This document shows positions 21,659-29,654 of a DNA stretch of 64,000 nt, piece after piece. Under the pieces are notes generated by a model. It saw nothing but the letters and a program-made list of their open reading frames with translations. It made no database searches and was not told the origin of the DNA. Each line of letters starts with the position of its first letter. The stretch's first letter is position 1. The position numbers and the translations under genes were made by a program. The stretch spans positions 1,233 to 65,232 of the forward strand of contig JAQUHN010000002.1 in assembly GCA_028683555.1 (NCBI GenBank). Reading direction: 5' to 3'. The DNA is from Geobacteraceae bacterium. Its GTDB lineage: Bacteria > Desulfobacterota > Desulfuromonadia > Geobacterales > Geobacteraceae.

Positions 21659-21883
21659 CTAGCCTCCTCCGACGAGGGGGAAAATCGATAAAATGTCGTC
21701 TTCCTGAAGCTGCTGGTCTTCTTCCACGTGGCGGTGGTTGATCAGCGTTGCGCCGATCTCTTCGCTGGGTAGATTCAGTTCGGTGAGAATGTCTCCCACT
21801 GTGATGCCGGGGTTGTAGTCCCGCGTCTCCTCTCCGAAACGTCCGGTTCGGAAAGTGGCGAACAATTTAATCGTTACCTTCAT
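21659..21883 (-). CDS. ThiS/MoaD-family ubiquitin-like sulfur-carrier protein
   Basis: 74 aa from ATG 21883 (GGAGAG Shine-Dalgarno): MKVTIKLFATFRTG...DDILSIFPLVGGG. C-terminal Gly-Gly-Gly. Its stop lies 2 nt before the E1-like gene. Confidence 0.7.
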   Translation of the reverse strand: MKVTIKLFATFRTGRFGEETRDYNPGITVGDILTELNLPSEEIGATLINHRHVEEDQQLQEDDILSIFPLVGGG

Positions 21884-21954
21884 GGTGATCTCTCCTTTTC
21901 GAAAGAAAGCATGCGAACTCATTTTGTACCATAGAGACAAAAAACACGCTATAT

Positions 21955-24900
21955 CTAAATTTTATCAATAGGCAGCGAATTTTTTTCCGAGCTCAGTCTG
22001 GCAGGGTTTTGTGAGTCCGTCATGGCGAGCAATAGAGCTGTTTGGTAGCCTGACTTTTCCGCAGCATCGGAGTATTTCTCGACGGCCTTGCTGATGCGGA
22101 TGCTTTCTTTTACTATCTCAGCAGAAGCAGGTCCCTCTTCCAGGTAGCGGCCGATGGCAGTCAGGAAAAGGGCCTGCATCAGTTCCTCGAACCTTTCCTT
22201 ATTGAACCACTCTATGTTTTCGCTCTGGTGAACAAGCAGGAACGCCCGAATATCGTTATCGGAAAATAGTCGTTTCATCAATTCACCGCCATGCTCTTCC
22301 TCGGCCGGCTTGCCGAAGAAGGATTTCTGGCGGAGCAGGATTTTCAGCAGCAGCTCCTCGCCACCGCCGGCATGGTCTGGCCGGAGATCACGTCGCATGT
22401 CCGCCATCTGCCGGAAGCAGGCGACGATGGTTCTTGTCAGGGCGAATTCGGTCAAGACTCTTTCCGGGGTGCTGCGGAAGTCTGCTGCCAGGCTGTCGGT
22501 AAGGTGACGAAGAACCAACGCAAGCAGGTAAAGAGTCCCGTTATTGTGTTCCGTATCCGGGACAAGCGCACCGAGTATTGCTTGTCGGGCTTGCTGCAAA
22601 CCCTTGTTGCGGCTTTTTGTTATGAATATCCCGGCAAGACAGGTCAAATTCCGCACAATAGTCTCGATCAGAGAGGGGATGTTCAGGTGCAGTCCGCTTT
22701 CCCTCTGGAGTGCGACAAGAAATTCGGTGATCTTTTCCTGCAGCGATTGACTTGCTGCTGTGCGGTCCGGTGCGGGAACGGCCGGATCAAGCAAGCCGGG
22801 AATCAAGTTCGGCAACAGGGAAAAAAGTTCGGTAAGGGCTACCCGTGTCCCGGAGTACCGGATTTGGCGGAACTCTTCGTCCAGATTTATCGCCGGTTTG
22901 CCTGCCAGCTCCCGACAGAGTCTCCCCCATGTTCCGTAGTCGTCGTCGCGGATTTCCCGGAAATCAAGAAAGGCATGGCATGCGAAGGCGTCCAACTTCA
23001 AGAACAGCCCCTGTTCTGCCAGTTCCTTGCCGTGATGCAGGAATTCCAGGCCATTGGCCGAGTCGCGGAAGCGATAGTAGTACCTGCCGTCCGGATTGAT
23101 GCCGAGAGCCTCGCCGAGCGTTGTCCGCACGTGTCGGGTTTCACCCGATGCATCTTTTACGGCACGGGAACTGGAGGTGCGGATCCAACCAGCGCTGGAG
23201 GCGAAACGGTTGTGAAACACGATCAGCGCGCGTTCGTTGCCACGACAATTGGAATAGGCGAAGACATTTTCATCTACGGCATTACCGGCAAGGAAGTCGT
23301 AGAGAATGAAATTCTCTGCGCCACTGAAGAGATGGCGTTTTTTCATCAGCGGAAAAATCACCTGTTCGTGCTTTTCCACCAGGTGGCGGTCGACTTCCTC
23401 GGTCCAATAGGCTCTGTGGTATTCCATGCCGTATTTTTCGGTGAATCCTTCGATCTGGCCATGGCCGAACATGGGCAGGCCGGGCATGGTCACCATCAGC
23501 ACTGCGGCACCGAAATATTTTCCCTCTTTACCGAACTGCTCGACAGCGGTCCGTTCGTCGGGGTTATTCATGAAGTTGACGAATCGCTGGAGGATCTCCG
23601 GATTGAATTCCAGGACATTCTTTATGGTCTGACGGTACTTGGCGTTTTCTTCCATCTTCAACATATTCATGAAAGCGCTGTTGTAAACCCGGTGCATGCC
23701 GAGTGTGCGGACAAAATAGCCCTCCATCAGCCAGAAGGCCTCGGCAAGGAGTAGCGTGTCCGGAACTTCGGCGGCAACCCTGTCCACCACTTCGCGCCAG
23801 AATTCCACCGGGAAGAGCTCCTCGAAGCGGGCCCGGGACAGGGCGTGCTCGGCGCGGGACGGAATCCCGCCGCCTAGTCCGGTCTGGGGGTACCAAAGGC
23901 GCTGGAAGTGCTTCTTTGCCAGGGTCATGGCCGCGTCGAAACGGATAATGGGGAAGCTCCGGGCCACATGGAGAATGGTTTGGATAACCGCCTCGCGAAC
24001 CTCCGGCAGGAGATAGTTGAGCTGGGCCGTGTCGTTCCACGGCGTGCTGGTGCCGTCATTACCATGGTAGATGTAGCGGACCCGGCCGGTCCGGTGTTCG
24101 ACATGCTGAAAAACAACCGCCGCATCGGTTCTCGACCAGTAGCCGTCCTCGATGCGCAGACTGATGTCTTCTGTGGCAGAGAGATCCGGACCTTCGAAGC
24201 GATAGCCGGGGTACGGGGGATAGTCAACCTGGACGAACCAGTCGGGATGCTCCCGGGTCCAGCGTGAATCGATGCCGGTATGGTTGGGGACCATGTCGCT
24301 CGCCAGCCGTATCCCCCGCAGGGATGCACGTTGGCGCAGGTTTTCCAGGGCCGGTGCCCCGCCCAGGTCTGCGGCGATTACATAATCGTAGAGTGAGTAG
24401 GCCGAAGCGATTGCCTCCGGGTTGCCGCAGTATTGTTTGATTGCCCGGGAAGCGGGAGAGCGTTCCCATAGCCCGATCAGCCAGAGACCGGTGAATCCCC
24501 ATGCGGCAAGAGTATCCAGTTCCTCATCGGGAATTTCGTCCAGGCGGTTGATCGGTCTGCCGTATTTCCTGCTTAGTTGGTCCATCCAGACATAGACCAT
24601 CTTGGCGATCAGGACAACGTTCGGCATCCACTCCCTGTCCGGGGAGAATCTTTCCGGTTCAGGGTAGTCTTCCGCCGGGGAGGTGTCGGGTGTTTCCGGG
24701 TCGTACATGAATTTTAGAACAGGGGCAGGGCCCGGTCCGTCGCCACGCTGACGTTGTTCCTCGTTGACAGAATCGAAAGCGGAAGATATTTCGGTGAGGA
24801 GTTCCGGCGGGAGCAGCACCGCCCAGTTTTCCCTGATGAACTCCAGTTGGCCGGCAAGTGAGGTGGGGCACGCCTTGCGGGGCGCACGAAGCAATTCCAG

Positions 24901-25530
24901 GATCGGCAGGTCAAAGGGGGCGCAGGGAGGAGCTTTGCCGAGTTCCCGGTCGAGGATTGCGGTCACCTCTTCATAGGGGGCCTCGGTTACCAGTTGCCGG
25001 TCGTCGAACAAGGCGCGAAAATCGTCGAGCGCCGGGTTTTCCATGGCGAGCTTCAGCAGCAGCGTTTCCCTGACAATGCGACGCCTGCGGGAGTGGCGCC
25101 GGTTGTCTCCCGCCAGATACTTTTTTGCAGTGACGGCGTGCTTGCCTGGCAGGGTGTTGGGTGGATACAGTTCGATAAACCGTTCAATGACAAGGGCCAG
25201 TGGGCCGGTGGTAAAGGCGAGGTTTCCGGCGGCAAGTACCTTTTCCTCGATAAGGGGCTGCTGGCTGTCGAGGTAGGTGTCGAGCAGCGATCGGAAAATC
25301 TTGTTCATGAGAGCGAAAAGTCTCAGTGTGCCCGCTTTTATCGGAGGCGCTTCGCTGGCACTGAAGCGGTTCAGTCGATCCGCAAGTTGTCGATAGAACA
25401 GGATAACAGGGTGGCCCGGGCTGGTGGCGAGATCTTCCGCCACGCGGGAGAGTCCCAGCTTTTGCCATATCGCGGCCTTAATCTGGATTTCGTAGGAAAA
25501 GTAGTTGTTTTGCAAAGAATTGGTTTTCAT
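21955..25530 (-). CDS. large GH13 (alpha-amylase family) glycosyl hydrolase/transferase with long N- and C-terminal extensions
   Basis: 1191 aa. GH13 conserved regions are recognisable: LASDMVPNHTG (I), IIRFDAAMTLAKKH (II, nucleophile Asp), LLLAEAFW (III, acid/base Glu), FVNFMNNPDE (IV). Confidence 0.8.
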   Translation of the reverse strand: MKTNSLQNNYFSYEIQIKAAIWQKLGLSRVAEDLATSPGHPVILFYRQLADRLNRFSASEAPPIKAGTLRLFALMNKIFRSLLDTYLDSQQPLIEEKVLAAGNLAFTTGPLALVIERFIELYPPNTLPGKHAVTAKKYLAGDNRRHSRRRRIVRETLLLKLAMENPALDDFRALFDDRQLVTEAPYEEVTAILDRELGKAPPCAPFDLPILELLRAPRKACPTSLAGQLEFIRENWAVLLPPELLTEISSAFDSVNEEQRQRGDGPGPAPVLKFMYDPETPDTSPAEDYPEPERFSPDREWMPNVVLIAKMVYVWMDQLSRKYGRPINRLDEIPDEELDTLAAWGFTGLWLIGLWERSPASRAIKQYCGNPEAIASAYSLYDYVIAADLGGAPALENLRQRASLRGIRLASDMVPNHTGIDSRWTREHPDWFVQVDYPPYPGYRFEGPDLSATEDISLRIEDGYWSRTDAAVVFQHVEHRTGRVRYIYHGNDGTSTPWNDTAQLNYLLPEVREAVIQTILHVARSFPIIRFDAAMTLAKKHFQRLWYPQTGLGGGIPSRAEHALSRARFEELFPVEFWREVVDRVAAEVPDTLLLAEAFWLMEGYFVRTLGMHRVYNSAFMNMLKMEENAKYRQTIKNVLEFNPEILQRFVNFMNNPDERTAVEQFGKEGKYFGAAVLMVTMPGLPMFGHGQIEGFTEKYGMEYHRAYWTEEVDRHLVEKHEQVIFPLMKKRHLFSGAENFILYDFLAGNAVDENVFAYSNCRGNERALIVFHNRFASSAGWIRTSSSRAVKDASGETRHVRTTLGEALGINPDGRYYYRFRDSANGLEFLHHGKELAEQGLFLKLDAFACHAFLDFREIRDDDYGTWGRLCRELAGKPAINLDEEFRQIRYSGTRVALTELFSLLPNLIPGLLDPAVPAPDRTAASQSLQEKITEFLVALQRESGLHLNIPSLIETIVRNLTCLAGIFITKSRNKGLQQARQAILGALVPDTEHNNGTLYLLALVLRHLTDSLAADFRSTPERVLTEFALTRTIVACFRQMADMRRDLRPDHAGGGEELLLKILLRQKSFFGKPAEEEHGGELMKRLFSDNDIRAFLLVHQSENIEWFNKERFEELMQALFLTAIGRYLEEGPASAEIVKESIRISKAVEKYSDAAEKSGYQTALLLAMTDSQNPARLSSEKNSLPIDKI

Positions 25531-25823
25531 TTATGTCTCGATATATCCAGAAACGGCAGGGGCAAAAGTCCAAAGATAACAGCTATGGACTGTTTGCTTG
25601 CCGCTCTTGGAGAAGTGCGAGTTGGCCGGCAGAATAAGACCGCAATGATGGCCTCGACAGTCGAATCCGGGTCTTGTTGCAGGCTGGCGAAAGTCCGTGG
25701 GAAAAAATACTGTATAGGCAGATTACTCCAAGTGAGGTGCGGAGTCAATCGACAGAGGGATGCTTGTGCCTACCAGAAAACAGTTACTAGGATTAATAGC
25801 TTGACTTGACCGCTACGGTTTAT

Positions 25824-25842
25824 TATCATGATAATCATTTTC
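25824..25842. promoter_or_regulatory. Fur box upstream of fur
   Basis: TATCATGATAATCATTTTC matches 16/19 positions of GATAATGATAATCATTATC. It overlaps the TTGAC(T/C) -35 and -10 candidates at 25801-25834. Confidence 0.65.
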
Positions 25843-25852
25843 AATTGGAGAC

Positions 25853-26290
25853 GTGATCGTGAAGCGTGCCAAGAAGAAACAATTCCATGATTTTATTGCC
25901 GCCAGGGGGCTCAAGTCCACCCGTCAACGGGATATGGTACTAGACTGTTTTCTTTCCTCTGATAGTCACTTGAGCACTGAAGAGCTCTATATGAAGGTAC
26001 GGGCCAAAAACTCTTCAATCGGTTATGCCACCGTGTACCGAACCCTGAAACTGTTCGCGGAATCGGGTATCGCCCGGGAGATACATTTCGGCGACGGTCA
26101 GACCCGCTATGAGCATGTTGCGGAAGGCGAGCATCATGATCATCTTGTTTGCACCCGCTGCGGTTCGGTGCAGGAATTCGAGAACGAGGCGATTGAAAAA
26201 TTGCAGCAGGAAGTTGCCGACCAATTCGGCTTCCTGGTGGAGACCCACAAGATGGAACTCTACGGCATCTGTTCAAAGTGCCGTAAATAG
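25853..26290 (+). CDS. fur: Fur-family ferric uptake regulator
   Basis: LKSTRQRDMVLDCFL...HLSTEELY...ATVYRTLKLFAESGI...HHDHLVCTRCGSV...CSKC. GTG start at 25853 or 25859. Confidence 0.9.
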   Translation: MIVKRAKKKQFHDFIAARGLKSTRQRDMVLDCFLSSDSHLSTEELYMKVRAKNSSIGYATVYRTLKLFAESGIAREIHFGDGQTRYEHVAEGEHHDHLVCTRCGSVQEFENEAIEKLQQEVADQFGFLVETHKMELYGICSKCRK

Positions 26291-26366
26291 CGTCCTTTCG
26301 GAAGGCCCCCCGGTTCGTGCGTTAGCTGAAACTTATTGTCATCAAAGATTTCTGTGAGAGAATGTC

Positions 26367-28358
26367 ATGTTGAATTTCAGAAAGAGACCTTCCTGCATTC
26401 CTGCCCCCGACGGGTCCTGCAACTGTTGTAAAAAAGTTGCCTTGGTCGGTAATCCGAATGTCGGCAAGAGTGTTCTCTTTAACGCGCTTACCGGCGCATA
26501 TGTGACTGTTTCCAATTACCCCGGCACCTCTGTCGAAGTGGCAAGAGGAACCGTGCTTGTTAATGGCATCCAGTGTGAAGTCATCGACACTCCGGGCATG
26601 TATTCGATTCTTCCCATCACCGAAGAGGAGCGGGTTGCCCGGGAAATTCTGCTTCATGAGTCTCCTGATGTGGTGATCCACGTCCTGGATGCGCGCAACC
26701 TGGAGCGCATGCTTGCCATGACACTGCAGCTTATCGAGGCGGGATTGCCGGTAATCCTGGTGGTTAACATCATGGATGAGGCCGAAAGAATGGGTCTTAC
26801 CCTCGATCTTCCCCTGCTGCAGGAAAAGCTCGGCGTGCCGGTTATCGGTGCCTCGGCCGCGAAGAAGAAGGGCCTGCCTGAACTGCGGGAGGCGATTATC
26901 AGCTATGATCACAAGCGCCACGCGGTGTTCGGCTACAGTAAGCGCCTGGAAGCAGACATCTTTGAGATCATGGCACTCCTTTCCGGCAGCTACACGCTTT
27001 CCAAGAAAGCCCTTGCCCTTCTCCTTCTCCAGCGAGACGACGAAGTAGTCGCCCTGGTGCGGGAAAAAGAGGGGGATGGCTACCCTTCCATTGAAGAGAA
27101 GGTGCGCGAGAAAATGTTCGCCCGGCGCGATTCCTTTCACCTTGAGCTTTCCATGGAACGCAAGACGGTGGTCAAGGGCCTTATCGACAAGGTGTTTCAT
27201 GCGCCGGAACAGAGAAAGCCTGTTTTTGGCGAGCGCCTTTCCCGCTGGGCGGTACAGCCGCTGACGGGTATTCCCCTGCTGCTGATTGCCCTTTACTATG
27301 GCCTCTATAAGTTTGTCGGTGTGTTCGGTGCCGGGACCCTGGTGGATTTTCTCGAGGGAACGCTGTTCGAGGGGTACTTCAGCCCCTGGATTACCGGGCT
27401 GGTTACCAGCATAATTCCGTGGGAGATCATCCGTGAGCTCTTTATCGGGGAGTATGGGATCATCACCCTTGGTCTCCGCTACGCGGTCGGAATCATTCTG
27501 CCCATCGTTACGACCTTTTTCCTGTTTTTCTCCGTTCTGGAAGATAGCGGCTATTTCCCGCGCCTGGCGCTGCTCGTTGACCGATTGTTCAAGAAGATCG
27601 GCCTCACCGGCCGGGCGGTCATCCCGATGGTGCTCGGCTTCGGTTGCGACACCATGGCCACCATGGTTACCCGGACCCTGGAAACGGTCCGGGAGCGTAT
27701 CATCGCCACTGTCCTGCTGGCCCTTGCCATACCCTGTTCCGCCCAGCTTGGTGTTATTCTTGCCTTGCTTTCGAAGTTTCCGGGGGCGCTTGCCGTCTGG
27801 AGCGTCTGCATGGTTCTCATCTTTCTGCTGGTAGGGCTGCTGGCGTCGCGGGTCGTGCCGGGCGAATCTCCCATGTTCTACATGGAGTTGCCACCCATGC
27901 GCCTGCCGCAACTGTCCAACGTGCTTACCAAGACCTATTCCCGCATGCAGTGGTATTTGCTGGAGATTCTGCCGTTGTTCATTCTGGCATCGTTCCTGCT
28001 CTGGCTCGGTAAAATAACCAATTTCTTCCAGACTCTCATTGGCTGGATGAAGCCGGTCATGGCCCTTATCGGTCTGCCGCAGGAGACAGCGATCGCCTTT
28101 ATTTTCGGATTCTTCCGCCGCGATTATGGCGCTGCCGGGCTCTACGACTTGCAGACCCAGGGTATCCTCGATGCCCGACAGTTGACGGTGGCAGCTGTTA
28201 CCCTGACCCTGTTTGTGCCGTGTATTGCCCAGTTTCTGGTCATGCAGCGAGAACGGGGAACCAAGGTATCCGTCGCCATTGCCCTGTTTGTAAGTATCCT
28301 GGCTTTCTCCTGTGGCTATGTCCTGAACGAATTCCTGCTCATTACCGGGATTCTCTGA
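26367..28358 (+). CDS. feoB: ferrous iron transporter FeoB
   Basis: G-domain VALVGNPNVGKSVLFNALTG...DTPG, followed by the polytopic gate-motif membrane domain. Confidence 0.95.
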   Translation: MLNFRKRPSCIPAPDGSCNCCKKVALVGNPNVGKSVLFNALTGAYVTVSNYPGTSVEVARGTVLVNGIQCEVIDTPGMYSILPITEEERVAREILLHESPDVVIHVLDARNLERMLAMTLQLIEAGLPVILVVNIMDEAERMGLTLDLPLLQEKLGVPVIGASAAKKKGLPELREAIISYDHKRHAVFGYSKRLEADIFEIMALLSGSYTLSKKALALLLLQRDDEVVALVREKEGDGYPSIEEKVREKMFARRDSFHLELSMERKTVVKGLIDKVFHAPEQRKPVFGERLSRWAVQPLTGIPLLLIALYYGLYKFVGVFGAGTLVDFLEGTLFEGYFSPWITGLVTSIIPWEIIRELFIGEYGIITLGLRYAVGIILPIVTTFFLFFSVLEDSGYFPRLALLVDRLFKKIGLTGRAVIPMVLGFGCDTMATMVTRTLETVRERIIATVLLALAIPCSAQLGVILALLSKFPGALAVWSVCMVLIFLLVGLLASRVVPGESPMFYMELPPMRLPQLSNVLTKTYSRMQWYLLEILPLFILASFLLWLGKITNFFQTLIGWMKPVMALIGLPQETAIAFIFGFFRRDYGAAGLYDLQTQGILDARQLTVAAVTLTLFVPCIAQFLVMQRERGTKVSVAIALFVSILAFSCGYVLNEFLLITGIL

Positions 28359-28537
28359 TGAAGTGCGGATTTTGCGGATACGAGTTCCGTGAAGAAGACG
28401 CAAATAGCGGGTGCCGCAGCTGTCCGATGACCTCGGCCTGCAACAAACTTAAGTGCCCTCGCTGCAACTATGAAAACCCTCCGGAGCCTTCACTGGTAAG
28501 GAGACTTAGAAAACTGTTCAAGAAGTCGGGGAGCTGA
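28358..28537 (+). CDS. small Cys-rich zinc-ribbon protein, translationally coupled to feoB
   Basis: ATG 28358 overlaps the feoB TGA (TGATG). MKCGFCGYEFREEDANSGCRSCPMTSACNKLKCPRCNYENPPEP... has three CxxC pairs. Confidence 0.55.
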   Translation: MKCGFCGYEFREEDANSGCRSCPMTSACNKLKCPRCNYENPPEPSLVRRLRKLFKKSGS

Positions 28538-28538
28538 C

Positions 28539-29183
28539 ATGAAACTGTCCGAAAAAGCAGAAGAGATCCTGGAGAAACTCTGGATAGAGGTTGAAGAAGA
28601 GGGCAATGTCTTTACCGACATGGAGCAGGTCCCTCTTACCATTGAAGATCCCGTCTATCAGGAACTGATCGATCTTGCCCTGGTCGAGGTGAAGGATGGC
28701 CGGGTCTACCTCCGGCCGGAAGGAAAAGATGAAGGACGAAAGATTGTCCGCCGCTTCCGGCTCGCTGAGCGGCTCATGATGGATGTCTTTAATATCCGCG
28801 GTGAAGCAGCCAAGGAAAAGGCCTGCCAGTTCGAGCACCTGCTGAACGAGGGGGTGGACACCAAGGTCTGTACCCTGCTCAACCATCCTTCCACCAGTCC
28901 ACACGGCAAGGCAATCCCGCCCGGCGAGTGTTGCCTGGAGGCGCAGCGCAGCGGCAATCTGGGAGTGGTTCCGCTTACCGAACTGAAACCCAATGAGGAA
29001 GGGGAGATTGCCTACATCCAGACCGAGGACAATAAGAAGATGCAGAAGCTGATGGCCATGGGGGTTCTCCCCGGCAACAGAATCCGGCTAATCCAGTCGT
29101 TCCCTTCCTACATATTCAGTGTCGGTTTTTCCGAATTTGCCATCGATACCAACATGGCGCGCGAGATATTTGTCCGAAGGTAG
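28539..29183 (+). CDS. DtxR/MntR-family metalloregulator fused to a C-terminal FeoA (SH3-like) domain
   Basis: RRFRLAERLMMDVFN...CQFEHLL...LLNHPSTSPHGKAIP (DtxR dimerisation/metal region), then VPLTELKPNEEGEIAYI...MGVLPGNRIRLIQ (FeoA-like). Confidence 0.85.
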   Translation: MKLSEKAEEILEKLWIEVEEEGNVFTDMEQVPLTIEDPVYQELIDLALVEVKDGRVYLRPEGKDEGRKIVRRFRLAERLMMDVFNIRGEAAKEKACQFEHLLNEGVDTKVCTLLNHPSTSPHGKAIPPGECCLEAQRSGNLGVVPLTELKPNEEGEIAYIQTEDNKKMQKLMAMGVLPGNRIRLIQSFPSYIFSVGFSEFAIDTNMAREIFVRR

Positions 29184-29227
29184 GACAGTTCATCATATCC
29201 TTCTCTTCGGAGAGGCAAAGAATACAA

Positions 29228-29261
29228 GGCTGAAACCTCGCGTGAGGTTTCAGCCTTTTTT
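29228..29261 (+). terminator. intrinsic terminator of the feo operon
   Basis: ggctgaaacctc-gcgt-gaggtttcagcc (12-bp stem) followed by T6. Confidence 0.85.
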
Positions 29262-29654
29262 GTCGCGCGTGGCATGCTACTCGTCACCGTATTCCGGGAT
29301 TTGCCAGAGCTACATGCCCGAAAGTCTGTTAACCCTGTCTTCCTCCATTTTGCGTCATAATTTTACATCCAAATGGAACACAAATATGAAATGATGAACT
29401 GTTGCCAGGGTGTAATGGTCGTGTATACTTTGCACAACTGAACCAGTTTGCTGCAATTTCGCCCTTTTTTACAACCGAAGTGTGTGATGGTGGGTACATG
29501 TGCCGGAGCTGGCCAGGTATCGCCCAGCAAGGCGAAATACGATTGCCGGACAGGAGTAGAGTGTACTGTTTTACTGGGCGGAGCAGCAAAGCTCAGGGAT
29601 GTTGGGCACACGGTCGGTCACGATATTTTCCGTAGTCATGCAAAGGATTATGCT

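Noticed and set aside
22291-23754. 487-aa plus-strand ORF inside the GH13 gene
   Set aside because: It lies antisense to the GH13 catalytic regions, which read cleanly on the minus strand. Shadow ORF.
26325-26350. gaaacttattgtcatcaaagatttc as a second Fur box in front of feoB
   Set aside because: By eye only about 12 of 19 positions match the Fur consensus, which is too weak to call without a matrix score.
26322-28403. 693-aa ORF on the minus strand spanning the whole feoB gene
   Set aside because: It lies exactly antisense to a textbook FeoB. Its translation is low-complexity (rich in R/G/Q/D/H), has no recognisable domain and no Shine-Dalgarno. This is a typical codon-bias shadow ORF.
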